DNA of 64,000 nt from NCBI GenBank assembly GCA_964035545.1, contig OZ037772.1, forward strand, positions 2,728,001 to 2,792,000, in the 5' to 3' direction. This stretch comes from Bugula neritina (lineage: Eukaryota; Animalia; Bryozoa). Of the stretch, positions 40,131 through 53,894 are shown one piece after another (within the stretch, counting starts at the first letter, position 1; each line of letters opens with the position of its first letter). Under the pieces are notes generated by a model, which was not told the origin of the DNA, made no database searches, and saw nothing but the letters and a program-made list of their open reading frames with translations. The translations under genes were made by a program, and so were the position numbers.

Positions 40131-40983
40131 TGTTTGTCAATTCCAGAGCCCTCGACTTCAGTATGAAATTCCCATGACTTGGTGGCCATGTTGCAATTTA
40201 GAGTAACTATAACTTTGAGATTGTAAGCTAAAATCTACACAATAATATGTTCATTAAAATTGTACTCTGCTTGTCACCAATTTCAATATTAACTTTCTCT
40301 ATAACCCTGGATTATATTAGCTCAGTATAATTTTTTAGGCTCAGTTCCTTAGAATATAGTGTTTTATGGTTAATTCAACTTAGCATGTTATGCACCGTCT
40401 GCTAATTTTTAGATACGTGAGACATTTTTAGAGGTGTGAGCTATGATCAAAAAGTCAATCTTTTTTTTACTTTGTTCTCTGCTATTCTTTCACCATATTC
40501 TACACTATTTTACCTTATTCTTGCACACCATTTTTTACATTACATTACATTCTTATTTATTACACCACATTCTACCTTATTTCACCTTATTTTTGCACCA
40601 TATTCTACATTATTCTTACACCATATTCTACCTTATCCTTACACCATATTCTAAATTATCCTTACACCATATTTTATTCAAGTGTTGGATGCTTGGGGAA
40701 AGCCACCGACCAGATTTTATGGGTTTTTAGTGTATAAGTGCTTTCTGACTCTCATCAGTTTGTATAATACAAGAACCCAGGAGAATCACTGAATTGGTAT
40801 AACATAGATATATGTTCATCAGAAATGTACATGATGTAGCAGTGCAGCTCAATGAAGTCATTCGGAAAGTTAAATAATGCTCTTTTAGACATTGCTTTGT
40901 AGAAGTCAGAGTGAGCATGTGACATCCATTCTAATAATAGACAGGATGTTCAGGGGCAGACAACCTTCACCTTATCATTGCAG

Positions 40984-41903
40984 GGTTCTCTGGTCTGTGC
41001 CTGTATGGGAAGTGCCGGGTTATATACGATAATAATGGTGATCCAAAGGTCATGCCCAAACTCCGGTATACCAGGTTCCGAGTGTATTACCATCAGTGGT
41101 GGAGAGGAAGAAGGTTGTTGGTGTACAGGGGGTACTCACTACTACAACGGAGCTTGTGTACCTGACATGACTAGTAAGTGTGTATCTACAGTGTATATCT
41201 ACAGTGGTTATCTACAGTGTGTCTCTACAGTGTGTATCTGCAGTGTATATCTACAGTGTGTATCTACAGTATATATCTACAGTGTATATCTACAGTGTAT
41301 ATCTACAGTGTGTATCTACAGTGTGTATATCTACAGTGCATATCTACAGTGTGTATCTACAGTGTATATCTACAGTGTATATCTACAGTGTGTATATCTA
41401 CAGTGTGTATATCTACAGTGCATATCTACAGTGTGTATCTACAGTGTATATCTACAGAGTGTATCTACAGTGTATATCTACAGTGTGTATCTACAGTGTA
41501 TATCTACAGTGTATCTACAGTGTATATCTACAGTGTATATCTACAGAGTGTATCTACAGTGTGTATCTACAGTGTATATCTACAGTGTGTATCTACAGTC
41601 ATGACTAACTGATATCACTAATACTGTGAGTCATGACTAACCTTTATAACCTATACTGTTTATCAGTACTATAGCTGATATAACTTATAGTGTAATTCAT
41701 GACCAACAGTATAATTTATACCCTGAATCAACTACTACTGATTATGAGAACTGATTACAGGTTGACTCAGACTGTACGGGGTTTACAGTATGTCTCTCAG
41801 GAGTCTGTACTGTGACATGCAGTGACAACCTCAACTGTCCTGATGGCTGCACTCAGGGCATCTGCACTTCACCTTGTTCTTCTGCAGCTCCATGTGCAGA
41901 CGG
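40984..41903 (+). pseudogene. Cys-rich exons (TIL-like, plus a small Cys-repeat exon) upstream of the collagen
   Basis: RSCPNS..GSECIT..EEGCWCTGGTHYYNGACVP ending at a gtaagt donor. Exon ~41761-41903 reads VDSDCTGFTVCLSGVCTVTCSDNLNCPDGCTQGICTSPCSSAAPCAD ending at gtgagt. Confidence 0.65.
41180..41600. repeat. Intronic minisatellite (TATCTACAGTG core, 12-18 bp units)
   Basis: Tandem array. Confidence 0.93.
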
Positions 41904-42179
41904 GTGAGTGATGATAGTTTCACTTCCCTTATTATTATTATGTTTATTAGTATCATGCAATTGTAATTTATTATTATTATATGTGTATATATTATATAAT
42001 ACATATTTTACTATTAAAAGGAAACTCAAACAAGTGTATAGTCCATATTTCTGTGAGAAATACCTGATTGAAAGGTTTTTGTTAAAGTAGGCTAACGGCT
42101 TATTCGTATGTGACACAGGAGGAATTGAGTCATTTTACTCCATCTATCACACACTATATATTATATATCTCTAGTTCGT

Positions 42180-42506
42180 AGCTATTTTTCCCAATTTAAC
42201 TGCTAAGTTATAATGCTTCTTGCATTAAACTAACAGAATATTCACAAATACAGCTGAATAATCGGGGTTTGTTTCTAATTTTGCTTGATTTTCTATGTTT
42301 ATTTTTATTTTTTTACTAAATTTAGGTGTAGACCATGGCAGTTCTTCCGGCACGATCCACACACCTAATTTACTAAAAAAATTGGAAAGAGCATGGAAAA
42401 TCAAGTGAAATTAAAAAACCCTTGTTTGTTCAGCTGTATTGGTTAATATTCCGTGGGTTTAATGCAAGAAACTATGTGCAATAGTCACTAAATTATCAAA
42501 AATAGC
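42180..42506. mobile_element. Degenerate MITE-like inverted repeat
   Basis: ttcttgcattaaac..gaatatt..aatacagctgaa is mirrored by ttcagctgtatt..aatattc..gtttaatgcaagaa. Confidence 0.65.
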
Positions 42507-43135
42507 AAAGAAGTTGAGATATATTGTGTGTATTAAATTTAGTAAAATTACCTAATTATGACTGGATGCTACATTTCTACTCTCAGATGCAATCTTGTTG
42601 TACAGGTAAACCTGGTGAAGATGGATTTGTGGAGAACCCGGACCTAAAGGTGCTCCTGGAGCTGCTGGTGAACCCGGCCCAGCCGGACCTCCAGGTCCTA
42701 CTGGATTCCCTGGTCCACAAGAAAACACTGGCCTAGTTGGTCAACCAGGAGATGTCGGCCTTGTCGGCTTGAAGAGTGCTCGTGGAGAGGTGGGACCTAA
42801 AGGCCCAAGAGGTACGTTCAGCTTATGTAAACACAATTCATATACATGACTCTTCTATTAACTGCTAATAACTCAGTAGGTTTTCATTCCAAACATTATG
42901 AGCTGAGAATGTGACAAGAGGTGACCAAATATTACAGAACCAACTGGTACTGACGGCTTTAGCGGAGAACGTGGACCTAAAGGAGAGCCCGGTGCAACTG
43001 GAGTTACTAGACCACCTGGTCTGCCCGGACCTACTGTCTTGATGGAAAACCTGCTTCACCAGGTGTTGATGGACAACCATGACCAATGGGTATTCTAATC
43101 ATTTGTTGTTATTGATCTGTATATTGCTGAATTAC

Positions 43136-43381
43136 CTTACCTACTGCTACCATCTTATCTTCTGCTACCACCTTATCTTCTGCCACCATCTTATCTTCTG
43201 CTACCATCTTATCTTCTGCTACCACCTTACCTTCTGCCACCATCTTATCTTCTGCTACCATCTTATCTTCTGCTACCACCTTACCTTCTGTTACCACCTT
43301 ACCTTCTGCTACCATATTATCTTCTACTACCACCTTACCTTCTGCTACCATCTTATCTTCTGCTATCATCTTATCTTCTGT
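43136..43381. repeat. 18-bp intronic minisatellite (CTTCTGCTACCATCTTAT)
   Basis: Tandem array. Confidence 0.93.
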
Positions 43382-44336
43382 GATGGCATCCTGTGTCAAG
43401 TTAGTAACATCTAACATTTTTTTTATTGCAAGTAAGTCACAGAAAATACATTCAAATTATTAATTTATATTCATCGTGTAAACACTTTGAATAAACTTCC
43501 GTAAGTTTATAATCACTATCCCTATGAGAACCCCTGATTTAAAGGTGCAAAAAGCGGGCTGAGGACTATTGTGTAATGTGCCACATGAGCAGTTATGACT
43601 GGGTGCACTTCCCAACATCTTTGCTGGTGTTTTGACTTAACCTACTGCCCTCATGTTTCTTCAGTCAGCACTCTAGCTACTACACCACGACTGATTCCTG
43701 GACACTCAGAATATGACTTAAATTTTGAGTTGGAAAATATTGCTAATTTGATTTAAAATGTTTATTATCGTCACTGTAGTTTTTTAATCGGCCATTTTGT
43801 AGATTCACTCACTCCCATGTAGTCCTGTCACTCTATCCTCCATTTACAATTTCTCTATTCACTCTTTCAGATGTTTTGTAAGAATATTTGTTGTACATTT
43901 AATATGTTGTGTTGCATTTGGCTACTTTTTATAAATAATCTCTGAAATATTGTTGAGCTACTATCCTCGCAGGTGCCGTCGGCTTGGACGAACCTCGGGG
44001 TAAACAGGGAGAGCGCGGGCCACCCGGAGTTAGAGGAGAAATGGGCCTAGAGGGCAGAGTGGGACCTGAAGGCAAGCAGGTAGTGACTTCTGGTGACCCC
44101 TGGTCATGACCTCTGTAACTTTTGGCCATAGACCAAATACACCAAAGAGACCAAATACACCAAATAAGTGTAGCTTAACAATTCAGTGTAACTCCACTAG
44201 CAGTGTCCTACACTGCGAAGTACATTCTCTAGAAGAGCGTAGAAAATTTGTTCACAATATATAATTATATTTATATATATAATTATTATTTTTATATATC
44301 TATATATATATATGAATATATCTATATAGATACATG

Positions 44337-44381
<45 letters not shown>

Positions 44382-44544
44382 GATAATATATATATATACA
44401 TGTAGATATATCTATATAGATATTATCATATATCTATATAGATATATGATAATATCTATATAGATATATGGCGTTTCCCAATTATCTAACTTCTCTTCTA
44501 GTCCACATTCACTTAACCATAATATGCTGTAAGCAATACGCTTC

Positions 44545-44775
44545 CTGATAACATAGAAAGTACCCTCTGATAACATAGAAAGTACCCTCTAATAACATAG
44601 AAAGTACCCTCTAATAACATAGAAAATACCCTCTGATAACATAGAAAGTACCCTCTGATAACGTAGAAAGTGCCCTCTGATAACATAGAAAATACCCTCT
44701 AATAACATAGAAAGTACCCTCTGATAACATAGAAAGTACCCTCTGATAACGTAAAAAGTGCCCTCTGATAACATG
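44545..44775. repeat. 21-bp intronic minisatellite (CTGATAACATAGAAAGTACCCT-like)
   Basis: Tandem array. Confidence 0.93.
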
Positions 44776-47700
44776 GAAACTTTAAATTTTCTGAATTTTG
44801 TAATTATTTTTCTATTTTCTCATTTCCTATTGCACAACATAAAGTTGCGTGCCCTCTTTATTCCATGTTAAAAGACTTCATAAAAACACCACATGAAATA
44901 TTTGAGTTGAAGTTTTACTTTCACAGGGAGAGCGTGGACCAGATAGAGACCAAGGTCCTGTTGGCCCACCTGGACCCACTGGACCAAATGGTGCTCCTGG
45001 TAAGATCGGATATCAGGGTAAACAAGGAGAGCAAGGTCCTGCAGGTAAGAATGAGGAGTTACTCACTCTTGTTTGTGTATTTTGTTCCTTTTAGGTATTC
45101 TATAATATTCCGGTGTTACCCTCACATCTATGATATTTTTTAAGGTTTCCCTCACAGCTAAGCTATATGTTGGGGTTTCCCTCACAGCTATGCTATATAT
45201 GCTGGGGTTCTCCTCACAGCTATTATATATGCTGGAATTCCCCTCACACCTATGCTGTATGCTGGGATTTCCCTCACACTTATGCTATATGCTGGGGTTC
45301 TCCTCGCAGCTAGTCTGCACTAAGGCAGGGTGTAGGCTAAGTTATCATATTGAATCCCAGCAGCGATTGTTACTTCAACTGACAGGATTACTGTGTATGA
45401 TAGTTGCTCTGACTGGTTTTCATGGATCATTTTTACCATACTGTTTGCCACATGATGCATTGTCCAAGTAAAAACAAGGAAACAAAGAAATATACCAGAA
45501 ATGTTGAGAAATTTTGTATTCCAAATTTGTTAAAATACCACTTGTAATGCATACTGGTGTTGCTTGGTTCATAGGACCTGTCGGACAAGCTGGAGAACCC
45601 GGTCTGGATGGCAGAAATGGAAAAACAGGAGAAACTGGACCAGCTGGTATGCCCGGTCCAACCGGCTCAAGGGGAGTCACAGGAGAACCCGGATCTGATG
45701 AAAGGTAATATTTGTGTTTCACTTCACCCTATTCAGCTTCTTGGAACTTTTTATCTCTTTTGTTTTTATAATTTGTTGTCAATTTTCTCAGAGACGGTTT
45801 ACCTGGAGTACCGGGTGCTGATGGTAGACCTGGGGAGCAGGGTGATCAAGGACCTGCTGGCCCCATGGGTCCAGTGGGATTCCCCGGTAACCAGGGACCT
45901 GAAGGTGCTCAAGGAGACAAGGGTGATAAGGCAGGAACATTCTTTATTCAGTTTTCTCTTTATTTCAGTTCTCTGGTTTTCCACTAGTCAATCCTGTAGT
46001 TGTTTATTTGTTTTAGTTTATTTATGTTAATACTAGAGTTGCTTCAGTGACATCACATCATGTAATATATTACATAACAGTACAGTACATAGCAATGCAG
46101 TATAATACACCATAATATAATATGTTATACAATACAATATTGTTACAGAAAATAGAATTCACTAATATCTCACAGCTAAGTTGTGTCTTCTAAATATATT
46201 CATTACTATAGGGGCCAGCTGGGCCAGAGGGTGCTTCTGGACCAACTGGATTGTCTGGACCAGCGAGTCCACGTGGGCCAACTGGTCCTCAGGGACCCCA
46301 CGGAGCTTCCGGGAATTCCCGGCGAACAAGGACCTAAAGGTATGAATTAAGTTGAACCTATCTTTGTCCTTAGTTATTGGCCATCAACAGAATCATGGCT
46401 CTAAGAGTTATCCTACCTGGTAAGGAGATAAGGCAACTCCTAACTCATGATAATATTAATGGTGCTGCTGTTGTAAGACCCACTGGTTTCCAGGAACCTC
46501 AGGGATTCCCCGGAGCTCCCGGTATTGATGGTGAAAGAGGAGATGTCGGATAACTTGGTATTGCTGGACCACCCGGGCTACGGGGTGCTGACGGCAAAGA
46601 AGGAATAACTGGTTCTTCTGGTGCTATGGGGCCACCTGGACCTGATGGTGCTAAGGTAAACACTTGCACTGTTAGCAGGTTATTGTTATTCATCTTGTTA
46701 GTTTAGTGGTAATAAACCAATATTCTGTATTTCTAGGGTGAACAAGGGAGAGATGGGGAAATGGGTAGTCCCGGTAGACCTGGACCTCCTGGTGAAGCTC
46801 CAGTATTTGGTTAGTTATTAGTAAAACCGAATCATTGTTCATTACTTGTATCTTTTTTATTTTCTTTCAACTGTTTATTGGTAATATTTTGGGAATTTCA
46901 TCCGTAGCCTGTGATTGAAGCTTTTATTTTATTCTACCATGGGTTATGTTAGGTGCGCCCCCTATGATGATGAGTGCAATGATGTCCAACGGTAAAGGTG
47001 TATAAGCTGATGATGCAGGCGCCAACAATGAGCTCTATAATATGTACCTCAGTGAGTAATGGTCATGATGTGCTTCGATGTTGCCCGATTTGTAGCAGAA
47101 AAGCTCTTTTAAATAGTGTTTTGGAACTCAAATGACGGACCTGTTTCAAATTGTGTGTATGTTTAATTTACAGACAAACAATTTTATAATTAACTGTTAG
47201 AAACTATTGTAATAAAAATATAGACAGCTGTTATAATGTATTTCTCCTCCTAGCATTAATGATTGACATTCTTGTTTGATGAGTCACATATTTAGTTCGT
47301 TTCTCCAGTTAAATGTTGCTACATTCTGACATATTATATAATGTTGATTTATTGCTGTTAGCTTACATCACTACTTCCACTTTATTTCTCTAGAAACAAA
47401 AGTAAGGGACGGGTCCAAAGACAGCCCTGTTAGAGACTGTAGAGAACTCCTCACTGAAAACCCAGAGTTCAAGAGTGGAACTTATTGGGTGAGAGAAGAT
47501 GCTGATATGTTTCTATTTTCTCTGCTCAGAGGAAATCTGCATCCAAGTCTAATGACTGAAATTCTGTGAACATGTTTTACATTCTACAATTGCTACTCCT
47601 GAGATGTCAATATAATGTCATGTGAAGTTTCTACAGATATTTAATGAATTGTTGTTTAGGAAGAAGAGTTTTTCTATGAGTTGCCTGTAATATATAATTC

Positions 47701-49841
47701 TGTAGATTCAACAGCTGAACATGTTTTAGTAGTTTTATTTGATATTAGCATTATGTTGGTGTGAAATAGAGAAGTTGTATTCTCTATTGTTTGTTGTCAG
47801 GTGGATCCAGATGGTGGCTCCATAGCTAATGCTATCCAGGCTTACTGTCGCAAGGAAATGAAGAGCACTTGTATCAATGCCAAGACCTCCGAGTTTGCCA
47901 CCAAATCGTATGTCACCCAGCAGCTAGATAATCAACCATTCGTTGCTAAACACATGGGAACAACAATTGTGAGTGTTTATCTTGCATCAACCATGACTTT
48001 CTCAGTAATACTTGAGAATATTCAAAAGTTTTATGTTGAGAATTGTCGCTATAGTAACATATTTGTTTACTGTATGGATGTTGATAAGTGTTGCTATAGT
48101 AACATGTTGGTTTCCTGTATGGATGTTGATAAGTGTTGCTATAGTAACATGTTGATTTCCTGTATGGATGTTGATAAGTGTTGCTATAGTAACATGTTGA
48201 TTTCCTGTATGGATTGTAGTTTGAGTATCAGGCAGAGTTTTCCCAACTCAACTTCCTTCGAATTCACTCTGAGAGAGCAAAGCAAACCCTGACTTACAGG
48301 TAATAGCCACTGCTAGCAGCTTATCAAATAGTCACTAGTTGCTAGTCGCTAATCAGGTAATATTCACTACCAACAGTTTACCAAATAGTCACTAGTCAGT
48401 ATTCACTAGTCACCAGTTGCTAGTCACCAGTTGCTAGTCACCAGTTGCTAGTTGCCAATCACCAGATACTAGTCCTCTACTATGTTGCAAGTCACTTGAT
48501 AATCTGAACAATCACAGGCTTTTTCTTAAGCTGAGCGAGTTGTTGGTATGTCTATTCCTTTTGCTGATTGTAGATGTATAAACTCAGTGGCGGTAGAAGA
48601 CGCATACGGTAGGAAGAATAAGTCAGTCATTTTATATACAGCTGGTGATAAAGAATACACAGCGACAGATAGCAGGTTTCAATATTCAGTGCTGCAGGAT
48701 GATTGCAAGGTATGTAAATGTGACCTATATAATGTAAATCTGACCTATATAGTGTAAACCTGATCTATATAGTGTAAATCTGACTTTTATAGTGTAAATA
48801 TGACCTGCATATGCACATGATTGCGATAGTTGCATCTTTTGTTCTATTAATTTACTGTGGAGCTTGCTTTTGAGGCTTGCAATAAATGTTTACAAGTTCA
48901 ACCCAAAAGCCACTTTGAGTGCTGTACGAGTTTAGAGTTTTGAGTTTGCCGTCTGCCATTTTGTAGTATGCCAAATCATCAGAAGCTCTGACAGTGATTG
49001 AGATGACACCAAGACCGCCACCCACTTGCCTATTATTGACATTGCTCCTGGTGACGTTGGGACAACCCACAAAGAGTTTGGGGTTCAGCTTGGAGAAGTC
49101 TGCTTTTCATAGACTCATATCTAACAACAGTTTTATTTGGCTGATTTTTTAAAACTGTCCCTGATTAGAGAATTAGTGGCCAATCAGAGAATGCAATCAA
49201 TGTTAGTTGGCTGAGACCAGCAGTCTGATTTTTATATAACCTAATTGTAAATGAAAGATTTGATTACTCTAAATAAATTTATCCGAGACTTCCAAGGCAG
49301 TGATGGTGATTTTTGCACATATAAATTTGAAGGAGTTTAGCTATAGGGTTTATACTGTTTTTTTAATTATTCCACCATAACCTGAGATTGTGAGTAGTGA
49401 TTCTAGAATGAGATAGGGAGGGTGTTATGCCTCTCCCTATGACTTTATATATTTAGAAACTGTTGTTAATTTAGTAATTCTTGTTGGTGCTACATTTTTA
49501 AATTCATTCAATCCAATCATTTCTCTGATATTGCAAAATACATTTTACCATAAGGTGCTACACAACTTATTTCTCAGCTTGTAGATTTCATCATCAAAAT
49601 TATTATAGTACTAAAGTTGGTCACAGATTTCTGATAAGCTGCAGTTTTCAGATCTGATTATTTAACCTATTCATCCTGAAATGAGACATTGTTAGTTTAA
49701 AATGGAATTTAACATATATTTTAGTTACTTAGTTCCAACTGTGTTGACCATATCAACATTTTAAATTTTATTTTGGATGCTATGAAGTATATAAGCAAAT
49801 GGCATTAAGTTATTAATATATGTAATAAGGTTTGCAAAGAC

Positions 49842-50163
49842 TTAATATACCAAGCAACTGTGACAAGACATGACAATAACTCCAGCCAATCATACATAGG
49901 ACTTTGTTCAACTACCTTCAAAGCCAGACTCAGCAACCATAAAGCCTCTTTCCTACATGCAGATATAAAGCCAACAACACACAACTCAGCAGACACATCC
50001 GGAATTTAGAACAAAAACAACACGAAATTCAGCCTAAAATGGATCATTTTAAAAATTTGTAAATCTTACTCAAAACCTAATCAACAAATGTAACTTATGT
50101 AGCTATGAGAAATATGTAATTTTGAAACAATCGGAGTTATCCACTCTCAACAAACGCAAAGAG
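49842..50163 (+). mobile_element. Penelope-like (Neptune-type) GIY-YIG endonuclease remnant
   Basis: LIYQATVT..QSYIGLCSTTFKARLSNHKASF..LKWIILK.CKSY..KCNLCSYEKYVIL..STLNKRKE, with frameshifts. Confidence 0.85.
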
Positions 50164-50365
50164 CGAAGTGTGAGAATTCCATGCTAGTGACCTGCCACAC
50201 ACAGTGCGTGTGTTGCGAGTGCAAAATATTATTAGCAAATGATGTTAGCGTTAAACTTTACTGCTCGCCTACAGACGTTTGTTTTTAAACAGCGTCACCG
50301 GGCAAAGTTATTTGGATATTATAAAGGCGGAAATGTAAAATATATAAAACTGTTTTAATTCAGCT

Positions 50366-50944
50366 CAGTATATTATGTCATACAGTATATTATGTTATAC
50401 AGTATACTATGTTATACAGTATATTATGTTATACAGTATATTATGTTATACAGTATACTATGTTATACAGTATACTATGTTATACAGTATATTATGTTAT
50501 ACAGTATACTATGTTATACAGTATACTATGTTATACAGTATATTATGTTATACAGTATACTATGTTATACAGTATACTATGTCATACAGTATACTATGTT
50601 ATACAGTATATTATGTTATACAGTATACTATGTTATACAGTATATTATGTCATACAGTATATTATGTTAAAAAGTATACTATGTTATACAGTATATTATG
50701 TTATACAGTATATTATGTTATACAGTATATTATGTTATACAGTATACTATGTTATACGGTATACTATGTTATACAGTATACTATGTTATACAGTATACTA
50801 TGTTATACAGTATACTATGTTATACAGTATATTATGTTATACAGTATATCATGTTATACAGTATATTATGTCATACAGTATACTATGTTATACAGTATAT
50901 ACTATGTTATACGGTATACTATGTTATACAGTATATTATGTTAT
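50366..50944. repeat. 17-bp minisatellite (CAGTATAYTATGTTATA)
   Basis: Tandem array; the same unit recurs at 52247-52521. Confidence 0.96.
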
Positions 50945-51899
50945 ATTATTCAACATACAAATGAGATGCTCTTGTCAGTCTATAATGATGAATATTATAC
51001 ACTGGAACTGGGTTACTCTCTCACCTCCCCTCACTGCAGCTCAGCTAGACCAGATCTTCCCAAGTGATGAAGATTTTTATTTCTAAAAGTTTCACAGTTT
51101 GTTACCAGCTCTTTGAGCTCTTGCCTTGTTTTCAAGATTACATGTACTGTATATGTATAACTATAACTCCTTCATTTTATGTAGTTCATATATTTATCCA
51201 CACTACACTCTACAATCTAAGTTTACTTCTACATCCATGTGTCTATTATTCACTCTACCCTAGCTGCTACCCCTCCTACTACGAATGAAGGTTTAGAAGT
51301 TTGAATTGGAAGCAAAACCAACAGGAAGTTTAAGCAGCAATGCAAGCTCATTTCTATAAACTATACACACTGCATACATATAGTGGATATATTTCCTGTG
51401 TTCCAGTACAATCATCACATCATCACTCTTCATTATAGCTGCATCAATCCTTTCAAAGCTGAACTCAAGTTGTGACCTTGACATAATTCTATGATACAAC
51501 TATCCTCACACTCAATAAGTTATTAGAAAAAGAACCTGTTCCAGAGATATCTTTCAAAAAGCATTTCTGCGAATATATTTGAACTTTTACCATTATTTGA
51601 CAGTATTTCTCTGAGCTACCTTCATAAGAGAGTTACATGAGAGTGTCATTGAGCTGGTTTACAGTGAAGGATGATTTGATGAATTCTGTGTTTCCACAAG
51701 CAAACTCTACCCACACATTGCTGACAATACTTTAACAGTTTTAGTGCCATTCAGCACTACCTTTTTATATAAGATAGGATTCCTTCAATATGCCAATGGT
51801 TAGGAATCAGCAAATAAACTGCCTTGACCTGCAAAGTGACCTACAATGTACAGCTTGTCAAAACCCAAGTCAAACTTAAGCAAGCTGCAGCACAAATTC

Positions 51900-52126
51900 A
51901 CCAGCTGCAGCCATAGTATTAATAATTGAACTGCTCTGTGCTTTTTACATGCATAATATAATAATCATAATCTTATATTATAATCAAATATACTAGAACA
52001 AATATAGACTTCTATTGTATATTATGCCTATCATTCATAAATTGCATTTTTAGAAAGAGGGGAACTTAATAGTAAACAGTTATGGAAGGGGAGATGATAT
52101 GGTATGAAAAAGGTTTGGAACCACTG
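51900..52126 (-). mobile_element. hAT-like MITE fragment, same family as 58655-59160
   Basis: Ends GGTTTGGAACCACTG. cagctgcagccatagtattaataattgaactgctctgtg is a near reverse complement of 58838-58877. Confidence 0.65.
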
Positions 52127-52246
52127 AGCTAGAGGAACCACCATACCTCTACCATAGCATCACATCCCTCTGCCATCTTGATTGCAGCCTGCCAGTTAAG
52201 AAAATTCAGGATTAATTAGATGTTCAGTGATGTCGCTGAATATGCA

Positions 52247-52521
52247 TATACTATGTTATACAGTATACTATGTTATACAGTATATTATGTCATACAGTAT
52301 ATTATGTTATACAGTATACTATGTCATACAGTATATTATGTTATACAGTATACTATGTTATACAGTATACTATGTTATACAGTATATTATGTCATACAGT
52401 ATATTATGTCATACAGTATACTATGTCATACAGTATACTATGTTATACAGTATACTATGTTATACAGTATATTATGTTATATACAGTATATTATGTCATA
52501 CAGTATACTATGTTATACAGT
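52247..52521. repeat. 17-bp minisatellite, second block
   Basis: Same unit as 50366-50944. Confidence 0.95.
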
Positions 52522-53894
52522 GTTTAATGTTATACATAGACTGGAGTATGATTTATTAATTCAATCAGATGCAAGTATGAACTGCGTGTTCCTGTAAAGT
52601 ACAGCCAATCATAATCCTGTGCCAACTTCAGTGTTTCACAGTTAGTGAACTGCAAAAAAACCAACTCATTCACCACCATGTCAGTCAAATAATATAATAT
52701 AAAGTATATTGTGTAGCAACAGCTGGGCTGTGGTGAAACTCTACTAGTCTATATTCTTACATGCAGACATGCATATTTAATTAATTTAACATTTTAAAAA
52801 TGAACTTAAAACTCAAGAATTTAAAATATGAAACAAAATAATGTGTCCTATAAAAATAGCACAGCTTCTTAGAAGCAAGTATTTTACACTTGAACATGCA
52901 GAATTTGTACAGCTTATAATGGTGACATTGTTGAATTGATACACACCTCTGATTGGATGTGTTTTACATAATAAAACAATTGTTCATCACTTTTATTATT
53001 AGTCTAAGGTTGACAATAATTTACACTGTTAGTTATTGGTTGTAAACTGATTAATTCATCATTAAGTACTTGTTTGCTGCTGCCTGGTTTATAACTGCTT
53101 ATCACAATTTTAATAACAAGGAAATTATCTTCTCTTGTTGTCTCCAGGTGCTACTGTATTTGACAGGTTTCCCTGTTAATAAAGTAATCTTATACTGATA
53201 CTGATGACATCCACAAATACTTGTGTAGGGGAACAATTGACCCTTCTCTACAACAGGAAAAGAATTGGTAAGACACGTACCAATAATATTACATAACTTA
53301 TTTTATCAATTTACTTATCCTTAATTTTATTGATTAAAAGTTACTTGCATGTAGGCTATTTTATAAATTGTTCCTATAAGACTAATTTGGGTGTACCTAT
53401 ACAATACCAGGATTACATACGACTGTGGGATTATGCGGAGTACACATTAAATCATGGACAGTGTCAATAGTAGTTACGGTAGACTTTGCTCTTGGTGAGT
53501 TTGTTGGAAGAATTTACAGTCCAGTTCTTCGTGATGGAAAATTTTAATCTGCAGAGCAACTCTAGTTGAAAAACTGTTATCTAAAGTTTGTTACTTCAAG
53601 TACTATACAAATATTATTAGTAGCTTGACATTTCTTATCATTAAGGGGTGTTTAATATAAATATAATACTTGAGGTAAATATTCTCATGTGATATAATGT
53701 AGCTTGAAGTTATATCACATGACTTGACTATCTCTACTAGAGTTAAGGTGGGTCACCTGACAGCCCACACATATCCATACACTACATCAGATACTGTAGG
53801 AAAACAGGGCTAATCTAATAAGTATAGAATAGTTGACCCAGCAGTTAGATATTTTGGTATAGAGACTCTAACTTTCTAGTAGTAGAAATAAAAG

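Larger units (their letters stand above)
42606..49112 (+). pseudogene. Fibrillar-type collagen (Gly-X-Y exons plus COLFI C-propeptide), disabled
   Basis: About 9 Gly-X-Y exons at 42606-46809. COLFI exons read GSKDSPVRDCREL..SGTYW / VDPDGGSIANAIQAYC / QLNFLRIHSERAKQTLTY / CINSVA..YSVLQDDCK / [24 protein letters not shown]. In-frame TAA at 46551 and 47003; frameshifts near 42630, 43037 and 49007; several Gly substitutions. Confidence 0.9.

Noticed and set aside
39008-40140. Poly-Val and poly-Ser/Gly ORFs on minus
   Set aside because: Antisense shadows of the ACT/ACC tract.
40735-40762. CUGAUGA..GAAA on the minus strand
   Set aside because: No stem II, no NUH triplet and no stem I.
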